Positions 1 through 9,324 of a DNA stretch of 64,000 bases are shown one piece after another. Origin of the DNA: Actinomycetaceae bacterium. Its GTDB lineage: Bacteria; Actinomycetota; Actinomycetes; Actinomycetales; Actinomycetaceae. Both the position numbers and the translations under genes were made by a program. Position 1 is the first letter of the stretch. Every line of letters begins with the position of its first letter. The notes under the pieces are model-generated. The model was not told the origin of the DNA. It saw nothing but the letters and a program-made list of their open reading frames with translations, and ran no database searches. Location of the stretch: positions 62,342 to 126,341 of the forward strand of contig JAUNLF010000004.1 of assembly GCA_030532405.1 (NCBI GenBank). Direction: 5' to 3'.

Positions 1-950
1 TTTTCGGCGGACTTGGAGTCTTTAACGAGCTGTGTGAACTCTGACTGCGTGTTTAAGTGCGCGATTCCGGTGATGTCCGCGTCGGCTGCGGGCAGTGAAA
101 TCACGGGGTTTTTGACGACTTGCGCGAGTTCTTCGCTGAAGGTTTCAGTCTCCAGCAGTCCGGCGCCAACCGCGAGCGTGACCCCGTCTAAGCCGGCCAG
201 CTGCATTGCCAGATCCTTTTGCGGCAGGGTCGGCAGCGAGGTTGACACGCCGCCGGACGTGTTCACAACGTCCTCCGACAGCGTCGAAACCACAGAAAGC
301 GCGGTCGGTTCTACCTCGTATCCGGAATCCCACATGAAGATCGTGCGATCCGCAGCCCTGTTGTCGCCCGCGCTCGCGGCGACTTCAAGCCCGCGCGGCC
401 CCCAGTTGAACGCGGATCCCAGCGGCAGATCCGCCTTGTCCACGGTGATCGTGAAAGGCTTCGACTTGCCGGCCTTCAAATCACCGAGCTCCGCAGTCGT
501 AACGTACTGGCCGGGGAAACTTTCGGCCGCCAGGTAGTGCTCCATTTGCGGGATCGTGACCAGCGAATCCGCGCGCAGGTACACGTTTAACTCGACGTCC
601 TTCAGGTCCTCCTCTTTGGAGGTCACCGCGCCAGAAATGCGCACCTTTTCTTCGTCAGTTAGAACTCGGGGTTCCAAATTATTGATTTTGAGGGCGAAGT
701 CGGGTTCCTCGGCCTCCGAGTTAAAGTCATCTTGAACCGGCGCGGCGGGTAGCGAAGCTGGGGTGGCACCAACGCCCCGTGATGCCGGCCGCGAGGCGGT
801 GGATGTTTGCGCGGACTCCCGCGCGTCCAGCCCCGCAACGCCCTCACTGCCGGTCGCCGACTGAAGGCCCGCGATGGCGGCGCCGGACATTGAAACTGGC
901 ATTGCGAGGGTCATCACCAGGACCGCGAATATTTGAAGAAGTCGTCTCAT
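1..950 (-). CDS. Secreted conserved hypothetical protein, N-terminal ~316 codons (gene continues past window start); DUF6049/Rv3909-like by position
   Basis: It is absent from the ORF track because it runs off the window. Hand translation of the minus strand from the ATG (complement of 948-950) gives MRRLLQIFAVLVMTLAMPVSMSGAAIAG..., which looks like a signal peptide. I checked every codon and the frame stays open down to position 1. Its ATG overlaps the Nudix stop (ATGA, 947-950). The 13..537 + ORF is its antisense shadow. The order cca / Nudix / secreted protein matches mycobacterial pcnA-mutT4-Rv3909 synteny (from memory). Confidence 0.6.
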   Translation of the reverse strand, partial: MRRLLQIFAVLVMTLAMPVSMSGAAIAGLQSATGSEGVAGLDARESAQTSTASRPASRGVGATPASLPAAPVQDDFNSEAEEPDFALKINNLEPRVLTDEEKVRISGAVTSKEEDLKDVELNVYLRADSLVTIPQMEHYLAAESFPGQYVTTAELGDLKAGKSKPFTITVDKADLPLGSAFNWGPRGLEVAASAGDNRAADRTIFMWDSGYEVEPTALSVVSTLSEDVVNTSGGVSTSLPTLPQKDLAMQLAGLDGVTLAVGAGLLETETFSEELAQVVKNPVISLPAADADITGIAHLNTQSEFTQLVKDSKSAE

Positions 951-1489
951 GGGCGAGTTTCAGGGTAGAGCAGGTCGAGGGCGATAGCTACGACCCGGCG
1001 CTCGTTAGGGTACGCCAGTCGTTTAGACACTTCGGATAGAGGGAACCAGGCTGCGTCCTCGGCCTCTTGATCCGGGTCGTTTTCGACGGTGATTTCTCCT
1101 TCTACAAACTCCAAAAGGTAGTGGTGAACAACTTTGTGGACCCGGCGGTCGCCGGAGGAAAACCAGTAGTCAATCGAGGCTAGCGGCGACACGATGTTGC
1201 CAAGGATGCCGGTTTCTTCCGCGATTTCGCGGGTAGCGGCACTTTCGGCTGATTCGCCGTGTTCAAGGTGGCCCTTCGGCAGGCACCACTCAATTTTGCC
1301 GGCCCGATTCCGCCGGGCAATGACAGCCACGTATGGTTTTCCGTTTTCAACTTTGACGACGAGGCCGCCCGCGGAAGTCTCATCAACAACATGCAGGCGC
1401 GAAGTTTGCACGGCTAGGGACCGCGCAACGAAACGTCTGCGCGGTGGGCGTGGAACTGCCGCTTTGCGGTTGTGCTTGTGGCCTGCCAT
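947..1489 (-). CDS. Nudix hydrolase (MutT4-like)
   Basis: 180-aa ORF with a Nudix box GHLEHGESAESAATREIAEETGI (GX5EX7REUXEEXGU). It is divergent from cca and translationally coupled to the downstream secreted-protein gene. Confidence 0.85.
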   Translation of the reverse strand: MAGHKHNRKAAVPRPPRRRFVARSLAVQTSRLHVVDETSAGGLVVKVENGKPYVAVIARRNRAGKIEWCLPKGHLEHGESAESAATREIAEETGILGNIVSPLASIDYWFSSGDRRVHKVVHHYLLEFVEGEITVENDPDQEAEDAAWFPLSEVSKRLAYPNERRVVAIALDLLYPETRP

Positions 1490-1556
1490 GTCCCTACTCT
1501 ATGACGTGGCGAGTCTGATATACCGAATTGTGTGCTTTCGTGGCACCCTTATAAGG

Positions 1557-3074
1557 ATGGTAAAGCACGAAGATACGAACCAACCGAAGCCCACGCACTC
1601 CGGCGCAAGTATTGAGAAATCGCTTGAAGCGGTCGGATGTCAGGACACCGACAGGCTCCTTAAAAACGCCGAGGACGCGCTGACACGCCTACCCGAGTCT
1701 ATTTTCGAACTAGGACGTGTCTTTAGTCGCGCGGGTTTTGAGCTTTCCCTGGTTGGCGGCCCGGTCCGTGACGCTTTCCTGGCGTTGACTCCGCATGATT
1801 TTGATCTCACCACTAACGCGCGCCCTGACGACACCGAGCGGCTGCTTGGCCAGTGGGGTGATACCACGTGGGCGGTTGGTAAGGCGTTTGGGACGATCGG
1901 TGCGCGCAAGGGCGACCTGATTGTTGAGGTGACGACGTATCGCACCGAAGAGTACGACATGGATTCGCGCAAGCCGCAGGTTGAATACGGTGACACGTTG
2001 GAGGGCGACCTGACACGCCGCGACTTCACAGTCAATGCGTGCGCGATGACCCTGCCGGATCTTGAGTTGGTTGATCCGCACGGTGGCCTGCAAGACCTGG
2101 CCGACGCGGTCTTGCGCACTCCCGTAACCGCCGCGCAGTCTTTTGACGACGACCCGCTTCGTATCATGCGTGCCGCCAGGTTCAGCGCCCAGTTGGGTAT
2201 TGATGTTTCCGAGGACGTAATGAGGGCGATGGCTGACCAAGCTCACCGCCTTGAAATCGTGTCGGCTGAGCGTATCCGCGCCGAGTTTGAACGCCTGATG
2301 ATTTCACCCAAACCGCGCCGCGGCCTGGAACTCATGGTCCACACCGGGGTTGCGGACATCGTCCTACCCGAACTTTCCAACCTGCAGGATCTGAAGGATG
2401 AGCATAACCGTCACAAGGACGTTTACGAGCACACCCTGACCGTCCTCGAACACGCAATCGCCCTTGAAAGTGGGCCGGATGGACCCGTTCCGGGGCCTGA
2501 CTTTGTGCTGCGTTTCGCGGCTATCATGCACGATATTGGCAAGCCGGACACGCGCAGATTCGAACCGGACGGGACCGTCACGTTCCACCACCACGAAGTC
2601 GTGGGCGCAAAAATGACGCGCAAACGCATGCGCGACCTCAAGTTCGACAAGGCCACCACCAAGGCCGTTGTAGAACTCGTGCGCCTGCACCAGCGTTTCC
2701 ACGGTTACGGCGAGCAAAAGTGGTCGGACTCCGCGGTCCGCCGCTACGTGAGCGACGCGGGCCCCTACCTGGAACACCTGCACCGCCTGACCAGGGCGGA
2801 CTGCACCACGCGTAACCGCCGCAAGTCCGCGTACCTGCAGGCCGCGTACGACGACCTCGAAAACCGTATCCACGAGTTGGAAAAGCAAGAAGAGCTGGAC
2901 GCCATCCGCCCCGACCTCGACGGCAAACAAATCATGGAGGCCCTAGACCTCAAACCCGGGCCGGAAGTTGGCCGCGCATACAAGTACCTACTCGCACTGC
3001 GCATGGAACACGGGCCGCTTGGTGAACAGCGTGCGCGTGAAGAATTACTCAAGTGGTGGGAATCCGCGCGCTAA
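1557..3074 (+). CDS. cca: CCA tRNA nucleotidyltransferase with HD domain
   Basis: Motifs GGPVRDAFL, DFDLTT and RRDFTVNA indicate a polymerase-beta-type nucleotidyltransferase. HDIGKP indicates an HD domain. The track ORF starts at 1194 but overlaps the Nudix gene. The ATG at 1557 (MVKHED) follows AAGG and removes the overlap. Confidence 0.85.
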   Translation: MVKHEDTNQPKPTHSGASIEKSLEAVGCQDTDRLLKNAEDALTRLPESIFELGRVFSRAGFELSLVGGPVRDAFLALTPHDFDLTTNARPDDTERLLGQWGDTTWAVGKAFGTIGARKGDLIVEVTTYRTEEYDMDSRKPQVEYGDTLEGDLTRRDFTVNACAMTLPDLELVDPHGGLQDLADAVLRTPVTAAQSFDDDPLRIMRAARFSAQLGIDVSEDVMRAMADQAHRLEIVSAERIRAEFERLMISPKPRRGLELMVHTGVADIVLPELSNLQDLKDEHNRHKDVYEHTLTVLEHAIALESGPDGPVPGPDFVLRFAAIMHDIGKPDTRRFEPDGTVTFHHHEVVGAKMTRKRMRDLKFDKATTKAVVELVRLHQRFHGYGEQKWSDSAVRRYVSDAGPYLEHLHRLTRADCTTRNRRKSAYLQAAYDDLENRIHELEKQEELDAIRPDLDGKQIMEALDLKPGPEVGRAYKYLLALRMEHGPLGEQRAREELLKWWESAR

Positions 3075-3206
3075 ACAGGCACACTTGAAGAAGATATATG
3101 TTTGAGGACGTAGTTTGCTCGCGGTTTGGTAACAGCCTCCCCTCAATGTGACTCATCAGATCGGCTACGCAGCACGTAACTCAGCTTGAAGGAAAGGTGT
3201 GAACAG

Positions 3207-5510
3207 ATGGCGGATAGTCGCGACTCTAAGAATGGCAAGAGGCCTGCCCGCACGGGTTCGGGCCTGCCGTCGCGCCGTTCGATCCACCACCCCGGCTCCG
3301 GGGCGTCCGCAAGCACCGGGCGTAGCGGCACGAGTGGCGCCAACAAGCCGAGCACACGGCGCAAGCAGACAAAGAAGAGTGGCAAAAATAAGAGCTCCGT
3401 GGGACGCAAGGTTGGCCTCGGCTTCCTATTCGCATTCCTGATCGCCATCATTTTGGCGGCGGCGAGCTTCATCTTCGCGTACGCCACAATCAAAGTTCCC
3501 GAACCCGGCGAGTTCGCCCTCGCGCAAAAAACGACCGTGTATTACGCGGATGGGGAAACCGAACTGGGAACATTCGCGGAGATTGACCGCACGATCATCG
3601 ACGCGTCAACGATCCCCGACCACGTGGGCCACGCCGTGGTTGCGTCAGAAGACCGCACATTCTTTACCAACTCGGGTATTGACCTGAAGGGTATTGCCCG
3701 CGCAATGGTGAACAACCTGCGCGGTGGCGACCTGCAGGGCGCGTCCACACTTTCACAACAGTACGTTGAGCGCTACTACCTGGACACGACCACCAGTTAC
3801 GTGGGCAAAATGAAAGAGGCGATCCTGGCGCTGAAGATCAACCAGCAGCAGTCCAAGGATCAGATCCTCGAAAACTACCTGAACACCATTTACTTTGGGC
3901 GCGGCGCCTACGGCATTGAAGAAGCGTCCAAGAAATACTTTGGCCACAGCGCCTCGGAGTTGACGTTAAGCGAGTCCGCCCTCCTGGCCGGAATTATTCC
4001 CGCCCCGTCCGCGTGGGATCCCGCGGTGGATCCGCAAATGGCGCAGCAGCGTTTCGAACGCGTGTTGACGCTCATGGTGGAGGACGGTTGGATCACGCAA
4101 CAACAGGCTGACGAAGCCGAGTTCCCCGAGGTCGTTGAAGCTACCGGGAACTCGTCGATGACGGGCTGGCGAGGCCACCTCATGCAGCAGATCCGCACCG
4201 AAATTGAGGAGCGCGCGGGCATCACCGCGGAGGATCTTGACTCCGGCGGTTACGCCATCGTCTCCACGCTGGACAAGGACCTGCAGGCAAACGCGGTGGA
4301 GGCCGTCCAGTCGATTCCCGACGACCACGACCCGAACCTGCAAATCGCACTGTCGTCCATTAACCCTGAAAATGGCGAAATTTACGCCGAATACGCGGGC
4401 GGCGACTACCAGAAACGCCAGTCGAACTCGGTCACGCAAGACATTGCGATGGCCGGTTCGACCATGAAACCGTTTGGCCTGTTGGCATACATGGAAGAGG
4501 GCGGAACGCTCAAAGACATGTACAACGGCAACTCGCCGCTCAAGATCACCGACAATCGCACGGGCGAAGAGACGCCGCCGCTGTCGAACTACGCGGACCT
4601 GTCATTTGGATACGTGAACATGCTTCGCTCCACGGCCCTGTCGATCAACACGTCCTACGTGGGTATGAACAACGAGATGGGCCCTGAAAAGACGCGTGAA
4701 ACCGCGGTTCGCCTGGGTATTCCCGAAGAGACCGCCGGCCTGGATGACACGTTGCGAAACATTTTGGGATCCGCGTCGCCGCACAATATTGACTTAACGA
4801 GGGCGTACTCGACCATCGCGTCCGGTGGCATGAGGACGACGCCGCACATTGTTCGCACGGTCAGCAAGATTGACGGCACCCAGGTGTACCAGGGGCCGAC
4901 CGCTGCGGAGCGTGAGTTCTCCGCGGAAACCGTGTCCGCAATGCTTCCCGCCCTGCAGGCTGCCGCCGAGTGGGGGTCAGCTGAAAAAGCATCCGCGATT
5001 GGCCGCCCGGTTGGCGCGAAGACGGGATCTTCAGAAGAAAACCGGTCCGCCCAGTTCGCCGGGTTCATTCCGCAAATGGCCACGGTCGTCACGATGTACC
5101 AAACCTCTGATGACGGTTCGGAGCAGACGATCACCCCGTTTGGCGGCGAATACGAGATCACGGGTTCAACGTGGCCGGGCACGATCTGGCAGACGTTCAT
5201 GCTGAAGGCGATCGAAAAGTTCGAGGTTCAAGACTTCGACTGGTACAGGCCCGACTACCGCGAGTCCGTGTTCGACACCTACGTGCCGCCCACGGAGCCA
5301 CCCACGGAGGAGCCGACCACCGAGGAGCCCACGGAAGAAGAAACCGAGGCGCCCGAACCCACGGACCCGCCTGAACCCAGTGAGGAAACCGAGCCTCAAG
5401 ACCAGCCGAACGGGCCCCCGGAGCAAGGCGACAACCCCGACCAGAACGCGGGCGCCAACCCCGGTGCGAATCCCGGCGGCAACCCGGGCCGGGGCCAAGG
5501 CCGCCAGTAG
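3207..5510 (+). CDS. Class A penicillin-binding protein (GT51 transglycosylase + transpeptidase) with Pro/Thr/Glu-rich C-terminal tail
   Basis: GT51 motifs: ASEDRTFFTNSGID, GASTLSQQY and ILENYLNTIYFGRGAYGIEEAS. Transpeptidase motifs: STMKP (SxxK) and KTGS. There is an N-terminal basic segment and one TM helix. The ATG at 3207 is preceded by GAAAGG; the track start at 3186 is a TTG. Confidence 0.85.
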   Translation: MADSRDSKNGKRPARTGSGLPSRRSIHHPGSGASASTGRSGTSGANKPSTRRKQTKKSGKNKSSVGRKVGLGFLFAFLIAIILAAASFIFAYATIKVPEPGEFALAQKTTVYYADGETELGTFAEIDRTIIDASTIPDHVGHAVVASEDRTFFTNSGIDLKGIARAMVNNLRGGDLQGASTLSQQYVERYYLDTTTSYVGKMKEAILALKINQQQSKDQILENYLNTIYFGRGAYGIEEASKKYFGHSASELTLSESALLAGIIPAPSAWDPAVDPQMAQQRFERVLTLMVEDGWITQQQADEAEFPEVVEATGNSSMTGWRGHLMQQIRTEIEERAGITAEDLDSGGYAIVSTLDKDLQANAVEAVQSIPDDHDPNLQIALSSINPENGEIYAEYAGGDYQKRQSNSVTQDIAMAGSTMKPFGLLAYMEEGGTLKDMYNGNSPLKITDNRTGEETPPLSNYADLSFGYVNMLRSTALSINTSYVGMNNEMGPEKTRETAVRLGIPEETAGLDDTLRNILGSASPHNIDLTRAYSTIASGGMRTTPHIVRTVSKIDGTQVYQGPTAAEREFSAETVSAMLPALQAAAEWGSAEKASAIGRPVGAKTGSSEENRSAQFAGFIPQMATVVTMYQTSDDGSEQTITPFGGEYEITGSTWPGTIWQTFMLKAIEKFEVQDFDWYRPDYRESVFDTYVPPTEPPTEEPTTEEPTEEETEAPEPTDPPEPSEETEPQDQPNGPPEQGDNPDQNAGANPGANPGGNPGRGQGRQ

Positions 5511-5612
5511 CGTCGTAGTGAGCCGGCGCGGCCACGCCGCCCCGGCGGGGCCAACCATCCGCACGACCGCACGCACCGGCCGCGCAAGCGTAGGCATAGC
5601 GTACACAGAAAA

Positions 5613-5655
5613 GCAGCCTCGTCCTCGTAAATTATTTTCACGAGGGCGAGGCTGC
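5613..5655. terminator. Stem-loop between convergent PBP and rplI genes (bidirectional terminator candidate)
   Basis: GCAGCCTCGTCCTCGT / ACGAGGGCGAGGCTGC form a 16-bp stem with one mismatch around an AT-rich loop (AAATTATTTTC). Confidence 0.6.
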
Positions 5656-5704
5656 CTAACTATCAACTTCCGCTTCGTCTAAAACTAGACTCGCGGAAAA
5701 GCAG

Positions 5705-6157
5705 TTACTTGGCGGTAACGCGAACCTTCAGACGTGCGCTGACCTCCGGGTGGAGGTTGACGGTTACGTTGTAGTCGCCAACATACTTGATGGCCTTCTC
5801 GATGACGATCTTGCGACGGTCAACAACAATGCCGTTCGATTCCTTCAGAGCCGAAGCAATATCGCCCGTGGACACGGCGCCGTAAAGAGCGTCGGTCGGG
5901 GAGGCGAGCTTCAGGATCTCAACAAAGGGGATCTCCTGAATCTGGTCGCGAACCTCGCGAGCCTCATCAACACTGGCGATCTCCTTGGAACGAGCACGTT
6001 CAGCGATCTTATCCAGAGCCTTCTGAGCGCCCGGAGTCCAACGCTCCGCAAGACGGCGCGGAACCAGGTAGTTACGAGCGTAACCGTCCTTAACGGTCAC
6101 AACCTCGCCGGCTACGCCAAGGTTCGGGACATCGTGAGTCAAAATAAGCTTTGCCAT
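5705..6157 (-). CDS. rplI: 50S ribosomal protein L9
   Basis: 150 aa starting MAKLILTHDVPNLGVAGEVVTVKDGYARNYLVPR, a typical L9 N-terminus. It is the last gene of the rpsF-ssb-rpsR-rplI operon. Confidence 0.95.
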   Translation of the reverse strand: MAKLILTHDVPNLGVAGEVVTVKDGYARNYLVPRRLAERWTPGAQKALDKIAERARSKEIASVDEAREVRDQIQEIPFVEILKLASPTDALYGAVSTGDIASALKESNGIVVDRRKIVIEKAIKYVGDYNVTVNLHPEVSARLKVRVTAK

Positions 6158-6172
6158 TGGTGTCTCCTCCCT

Positions 6173-6415
6173 TTAGCGTCCAGAGCTCGAGTACGGCAGC
6201 AGGGCCATCTCGCGAGCGTTCTTGATTGCCTTAGCGATCTTGCGCTGTTCCTGAACGGACACGCCAGTCACGCGACGAGCACGGATCTTGCCGCGGTCCG
6301 AAATGAACTTGCGCAGCAAAGCGGTGTCCTTGTAATCGATCTTCTCAATCTTGGCGGACCGCAACGGGTTCGCCTTCTTCTTAATCGGCTTATTGCGAAG
6401 TTGAGGCTTCGCCAT
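6173..6415 (-). CDS. rpsR: 30S ribosomal protein S18
   Basis: 80 aa containing [26 protein letters not shown], the S18 signature region. Confidence 0.95.
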   Translation of the reverse strand: MAKPQLRNKPIKKKANPLRSAKIEKIDYKDTALLRKFISDRGKIRARRVTGVSVQEQRKIAKAIKNAREMALLPYSSSGR

Positions 6416-6532
6416 GGTGTCTCCTAAAAATCACACGCACAGGCACACTGTGCAAAAGTTGGTGAGCAAAGTTTGAGCTAAGCGAGCGCCCAGCAGTTGT
6501 CCTGCCAAGCACGCCCTCAAAAATGATGGAGC

Positions 6533-7090
6533 TTAGAACGGAGGCTCGTTATCGAACGCGGTTGCACCGCCCGTGGCCCACGGGTCGTCAGCCGACCCGC
6601 CTTGAGCCGCGTTGTAACCGGCACCGCCAGCCTGACCGCCACCGTAGGTTTGGCCACCAAAGTTCGAACCAGCATCCTGGTTCATACCGCCCTGGTTGTA
6701 GCCACCCTGGCCGCCCCCAAAGTTGGAGGGGTTACGGTTGATCTGCGCGCGAGCGTAGCGAAGCGACGGGCCGACCTCGTCGACCTGAAGCTCCATAACG
6801 GTGCGCTGCTGGCCGTCACGCGTCTCGTAAGAGCGCTGCTGGAGACGTCCTTGGACAATCACGCGGGTTCCCTTGGTTAGGGAGTCTGCCACGTTTTCCG
6901 CAATGTCACGCCAAACGGAGCAGCGCATGAACAGGGTTTCCCCGTCCTTCCACTGTCCGGAGTTGCGATCGTAGGTGCGCGGGGTTGACGCAACCGTGAA
7001 GTTGGCAACCGGTGCACCCGATGCGGTGTAGCGAAGTTCCGGGTCGGCAGTTAGGTTGCCGACAATGGTCACAATGGTATCTCCAGCCAT
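6533..7090 (-). CDS. ssb: Single-stranded DNA-binding protein
   Basis: OB-fold N-terminus [27 protein letters not shown], a Gly/Gln-rich linker and an acidic tail ending DNEPPF. Confidence 0.95.
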   Translation of the reverse strand: MAGDTIVTIVGNLTADPELRYTASGAPVANFTVASTPRTYDRNSGQWKDGETLFMRCSVWRDIAENVADSLTKGTRVIVQGRLQQRSYETRDGQQRTVMELQVDEVGPSLRYARAQINRNPSNFGGGQGGYNQGGMNQDAGSNFGGQTYGGGQAGGAGYNAAQGGSADDPWATGGATAFDNEPPF

Positions 7091-7132
7091 CTTTGGCTCC
7101 TCAGACTCTCAGCTCAGATAAGCGAGTAGTTG

Positions 7133-7420
7133 TTACGCTTCCGGGCGCAGCAGCTTGGTGCGCATAACGGTTTCGTTCAGCGACAGCAGTCGGTTGATTT
7201 CCTGGGCGACGTCCGGCGTCGTGGTCATGTTTACGACGACGTAGATACCCTCGGACTGCTTCTCGATCTCGTAAGCAAGGCGGCGCTTGCCCCAAATGTC
7301 GACGTTCTCAACAGTTCCGCCAGCCTCAGTTACGTTGCTGAGTAGCTTCTCCATCGAGGGGCCGACAGTGCGCTCATCAACAGTGGGATTGAAAATCACC
7401 ATCAGTTCGTAGGCACGCAT
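7133..7420 (-). CDS. rpsF: 30S ribosomal protein S6
   Basis: 95 aa starting [12 protein letters not shown], with [10 protein letters not shown] further in. Confidence 0.95.
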   Translation of the reverse strand: MRAYELMVIFNPTVDERTVGPSMEKLLSNVTEAGGTVENVDIWGKRRLAYEIEKQSEGIYVVVNMTTTPDVAQEINRLLSLNETVMRTKLLRPEA

Positions 7421-7574
7421 GTTTCCCCACCTCCTCTGGTCTATTCGGTCACGGAACTTCCGTGACAGGAGGGATATGCGATTCGATCCGCGCTTTGCGG
7501 ACCGGCTATCAATGCTACCGCTCCGGGGCGAACTTCTCTACAGTCGTTCAAAAAATTGTGAGCAACTTCAGCGG

Positions 7575-8996
7575 TTACGCGTCTTCTTTGTCGGTGAGGT
7601 TCATCCATTTGGTGCCGCGAGCGCGCAGTCCGGTTGTGAGGGCGCGCGCCGCCATGAACAGTCCGGCGAATGCTATCCACACCCAGACGAGCGCGGTGGT
7701 TTGTTGGTCTACGGAGAGGCCGGTGGCTGCCGTTCCGGGGCCGCCTGCTACTTGGTCGAAGTAGGTGACGATGGCCCAGAGGGCGGGCAGGTATGCCACG
7801 AGGGTTAGGACGCCCGCGATGGCGAGGTATCGGTTGTCGCCCGCACCGATGAGCACGCCGTCCATCATGAATACGAAGCCGGCGAGTACTTGGAAGGCGC
7901 CCGCGACCCACAGGCCGCGCATGGCGGCGTGGTGCATTTGCGGGTCGGTGCCGAAGATCCACGGCAGGAACGGCGAGGTCACAATCAGGATGACGCCAAT
8001 CAGCGCGCCCGTTCCCACGCCCCACAGTGTGATGCGTTTTAGCAGTGCGTGTGTTTGTTTGGGATTGTTTTGCCCCAGCGAATACCCGATGAGCGCCTGC
8101 GCGGAGATTCCGAGCGCGTCCAGCGCGAAAGCCGCGAAGCTCCACACCGTGTTTACAACCTGGTGGCCCGCCAGTGCGATTGCGCCCGCGCGCGTCACTG
8201 CCGCTACGGTTGCCAAAATCGCAAGTCGCAAAGTGAGCGTCCTAATCAGCAACGGGATCCCCGCGACCGTTGCTTCGGATAGTCCACCAAATGAGGGCGT
8301 GAGGTCGACGTCGTGTCGGCGTGCCCCTCGAACCACCACGATTACCAGGGCCAGGCCCATGAGTGTCTGTGAAATCGCGGTGCCGAGCCCCGACCCGGCG
8401 ATCCCCATGTCGAGGCCGTAGATTAGGAACGCGTTTAAACCGGCGTTCACCGCGGCGCCCGCGGTGGCGACGTACAGCGGTGTCTTGGTGTCTAAAAGTC
8501 CGCGCAGTGTTCCGGTTGCCGCCAGAACTACCAGCATGCCAACCAAACCGGGGGCCGAGTACTGCAGGTAGTCCATCGCGTGGGGGACTACGACCGGGTC
8601 GGGGTCGAACCACACCACGATTTGTTTGGCCCACAGAATCATGCCGGTTGCTACGACGACACCGAGGATTAGTGCCAGCCACATTGCGTCGATTCCAGCT
8701 TTTAACCCTTCGGCAACCTTGCCCGCACCCACAGCGCGTGACGTTATCGAAGTTGTGGAGTACGCCAAGAAAATGAAGATGCCTACCGCGGTCATCAAGA
8801 TCGTGGATGAAAGCGCCAGCCCGGCGAGTTGTTCCGTTCCCAGGTGGCCGACCATGGCAGAATCAATAGTTCTGAAAAGTGGTTCGGCAATGAGGGCGCC
8901 AAGCGCTGGGATAGCTAGGTTTAATATCTGACGGTTCAGGTTAGAACCCTCAAGTGAGGGTTGAGACTTACTTGAACCCTCGGCAGACCTATCCAC
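7575..8996 (-). CDS. MATE family efflux transporter
   Basis: 473 aa with roughly 12 hydrophobic segments. The N-terminal NRQILNLAIPALGALIAEPLFRTIDSAMVGHLG is a typical MatE repeat start. Confidence 0.8.
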   Translation of the reverse strand: MDRSAEGSSKSQPSLEGSNLNRQILNLAIPALGALIAEPLFRTIDSAMVGHLGTEQLAGLALSSTILMTAVGIFIFLAYSTTSITSRAVGAGKVAEGLKAGIDAMWLALILGVVVATGMILWAKQIVVWFDPDPVVVPHAMDYLQYSAPGLVGMLVVLAATGTLRGLLDTKTPLYVATAGAAVNAGLNAFLIYGLDMGIAGSGLGTAISQTLMGLALVIVVVRGARRHDVDLTPSFGGLSEATVAGIPLLIRTLTLRLAILATVAAVTRAGAIALAGHQVVNTVWSFAAFALDALGISAQALIGYSLGQNNPKQTHALLKRITLWGVGTGALIGVILIVTSPFLPWIFGTDPQMHHAAMRGLWVAGAFQVLAGFVFMMDGVLIGAGDNRYLAIAGVLTLVAYLPALWAIVTYFDQVAGGPGTAATGLSVDQQTTALVWVWIAFAGLFMAARALTTGLRARGTKWMNLTDKEDA

Positions 8997-9014
8997 TTAA
9001 CCTCCCGGTAACTT

Positions 9015-9298
9015 TCAATCCACAGACTGTGTAAAAGGCTGTGGACAATTTACCCCAAATTTTAGGCAATGCTCGTGGACGACGTTGACACGGCGTCATA
9101 ATAATCCACAAGTTATCCACAGTTTCTACACAATCCACAGCACTTATCCACAGTTTTTGCACAACTTATCAACATTTAGGGTTATGGAATGTTTCAAGTT
9201 GGGGGTACCGTAGCCATGATTGCATTTCGACGCGCGTGCGCGCACACGCGCGTAAGTTATCCACATTTGCACCCAGATGCTGGGGATTTCGTGGATAA
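9015..9298. promoter_or_regulatory. Cluster of ~10 DnaA-box-like 9-mers upstream of dnaB
   Basis: Perfect TTATCCACA boxes lie at 9113-9121, 9144-9152 and 9257-9265. Near-perfect boxes are:
- cAATCCACA at 9016 and 9131
- TaATCCACA at 9102
- TTATCaACA at 9166
- TGTGGACAA at 9040 (reverse of TTGTCCACA)
- CGTGGATAA at 9290 (reverse of TTATCCACg)
- a weak box at 9073
A 24-nt perfect alternating pyrimidine-purine run (9231-9254) lies between the boxes. Confidence 0.6.
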
Positions 9299-9324
9299 GT
9301 GCCGGTTAGTTTCATCCGTTTTCT

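Noticed and set aside
13-537. 174-aa plus-strand ORF at the window start. The same question applies to other long ORFs antisense to confident genes, for example 5750..6427, 7441..8145, 13587..14282, 43472..44251, 46528..47208 and 62497..63252.
   Set aside because: These are typical high-GC shadow ORFs. Each lies fully inside a gene with clear family motifs on the other strand. Their products are Arg/Pro/Ala/Gly-rich with no recognisable domains or RBS.
1194-1556. N-terminal extensions proposed by the ORF track for cca (1194), the LLM gene (12208), the kinase (44552), larC (29347), the PfkB kinase (33537) and larA (32293).
   Set aside because: The extensions overlap neighbouring confident genes or run through structured intergenic hairpins. 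They also lack an RBS, whereas internal starts with Shine-Dalgarno sequences give family-typical N-termini.
5270-5510. Pro/Thr/Glu-rich repeat at the PBP C-terminus, considered as a separate feature or a frameshifted gene.
   Set aside because: It is continuous with the PBP reading frame. Low-complexity tails are common on actinobacterial class A PBPs, so it is not treated as an independent element.
9015-9298. Calling the DnaA-box cluster the chromosomal origin (oriC).
   Set aside because: dnaA and dnaN are absent from the window, I could not define a clear AT-rich unwinding element, and GC skew cannot be evaluated by eye. It is reported as a DnaA-box cluster only.
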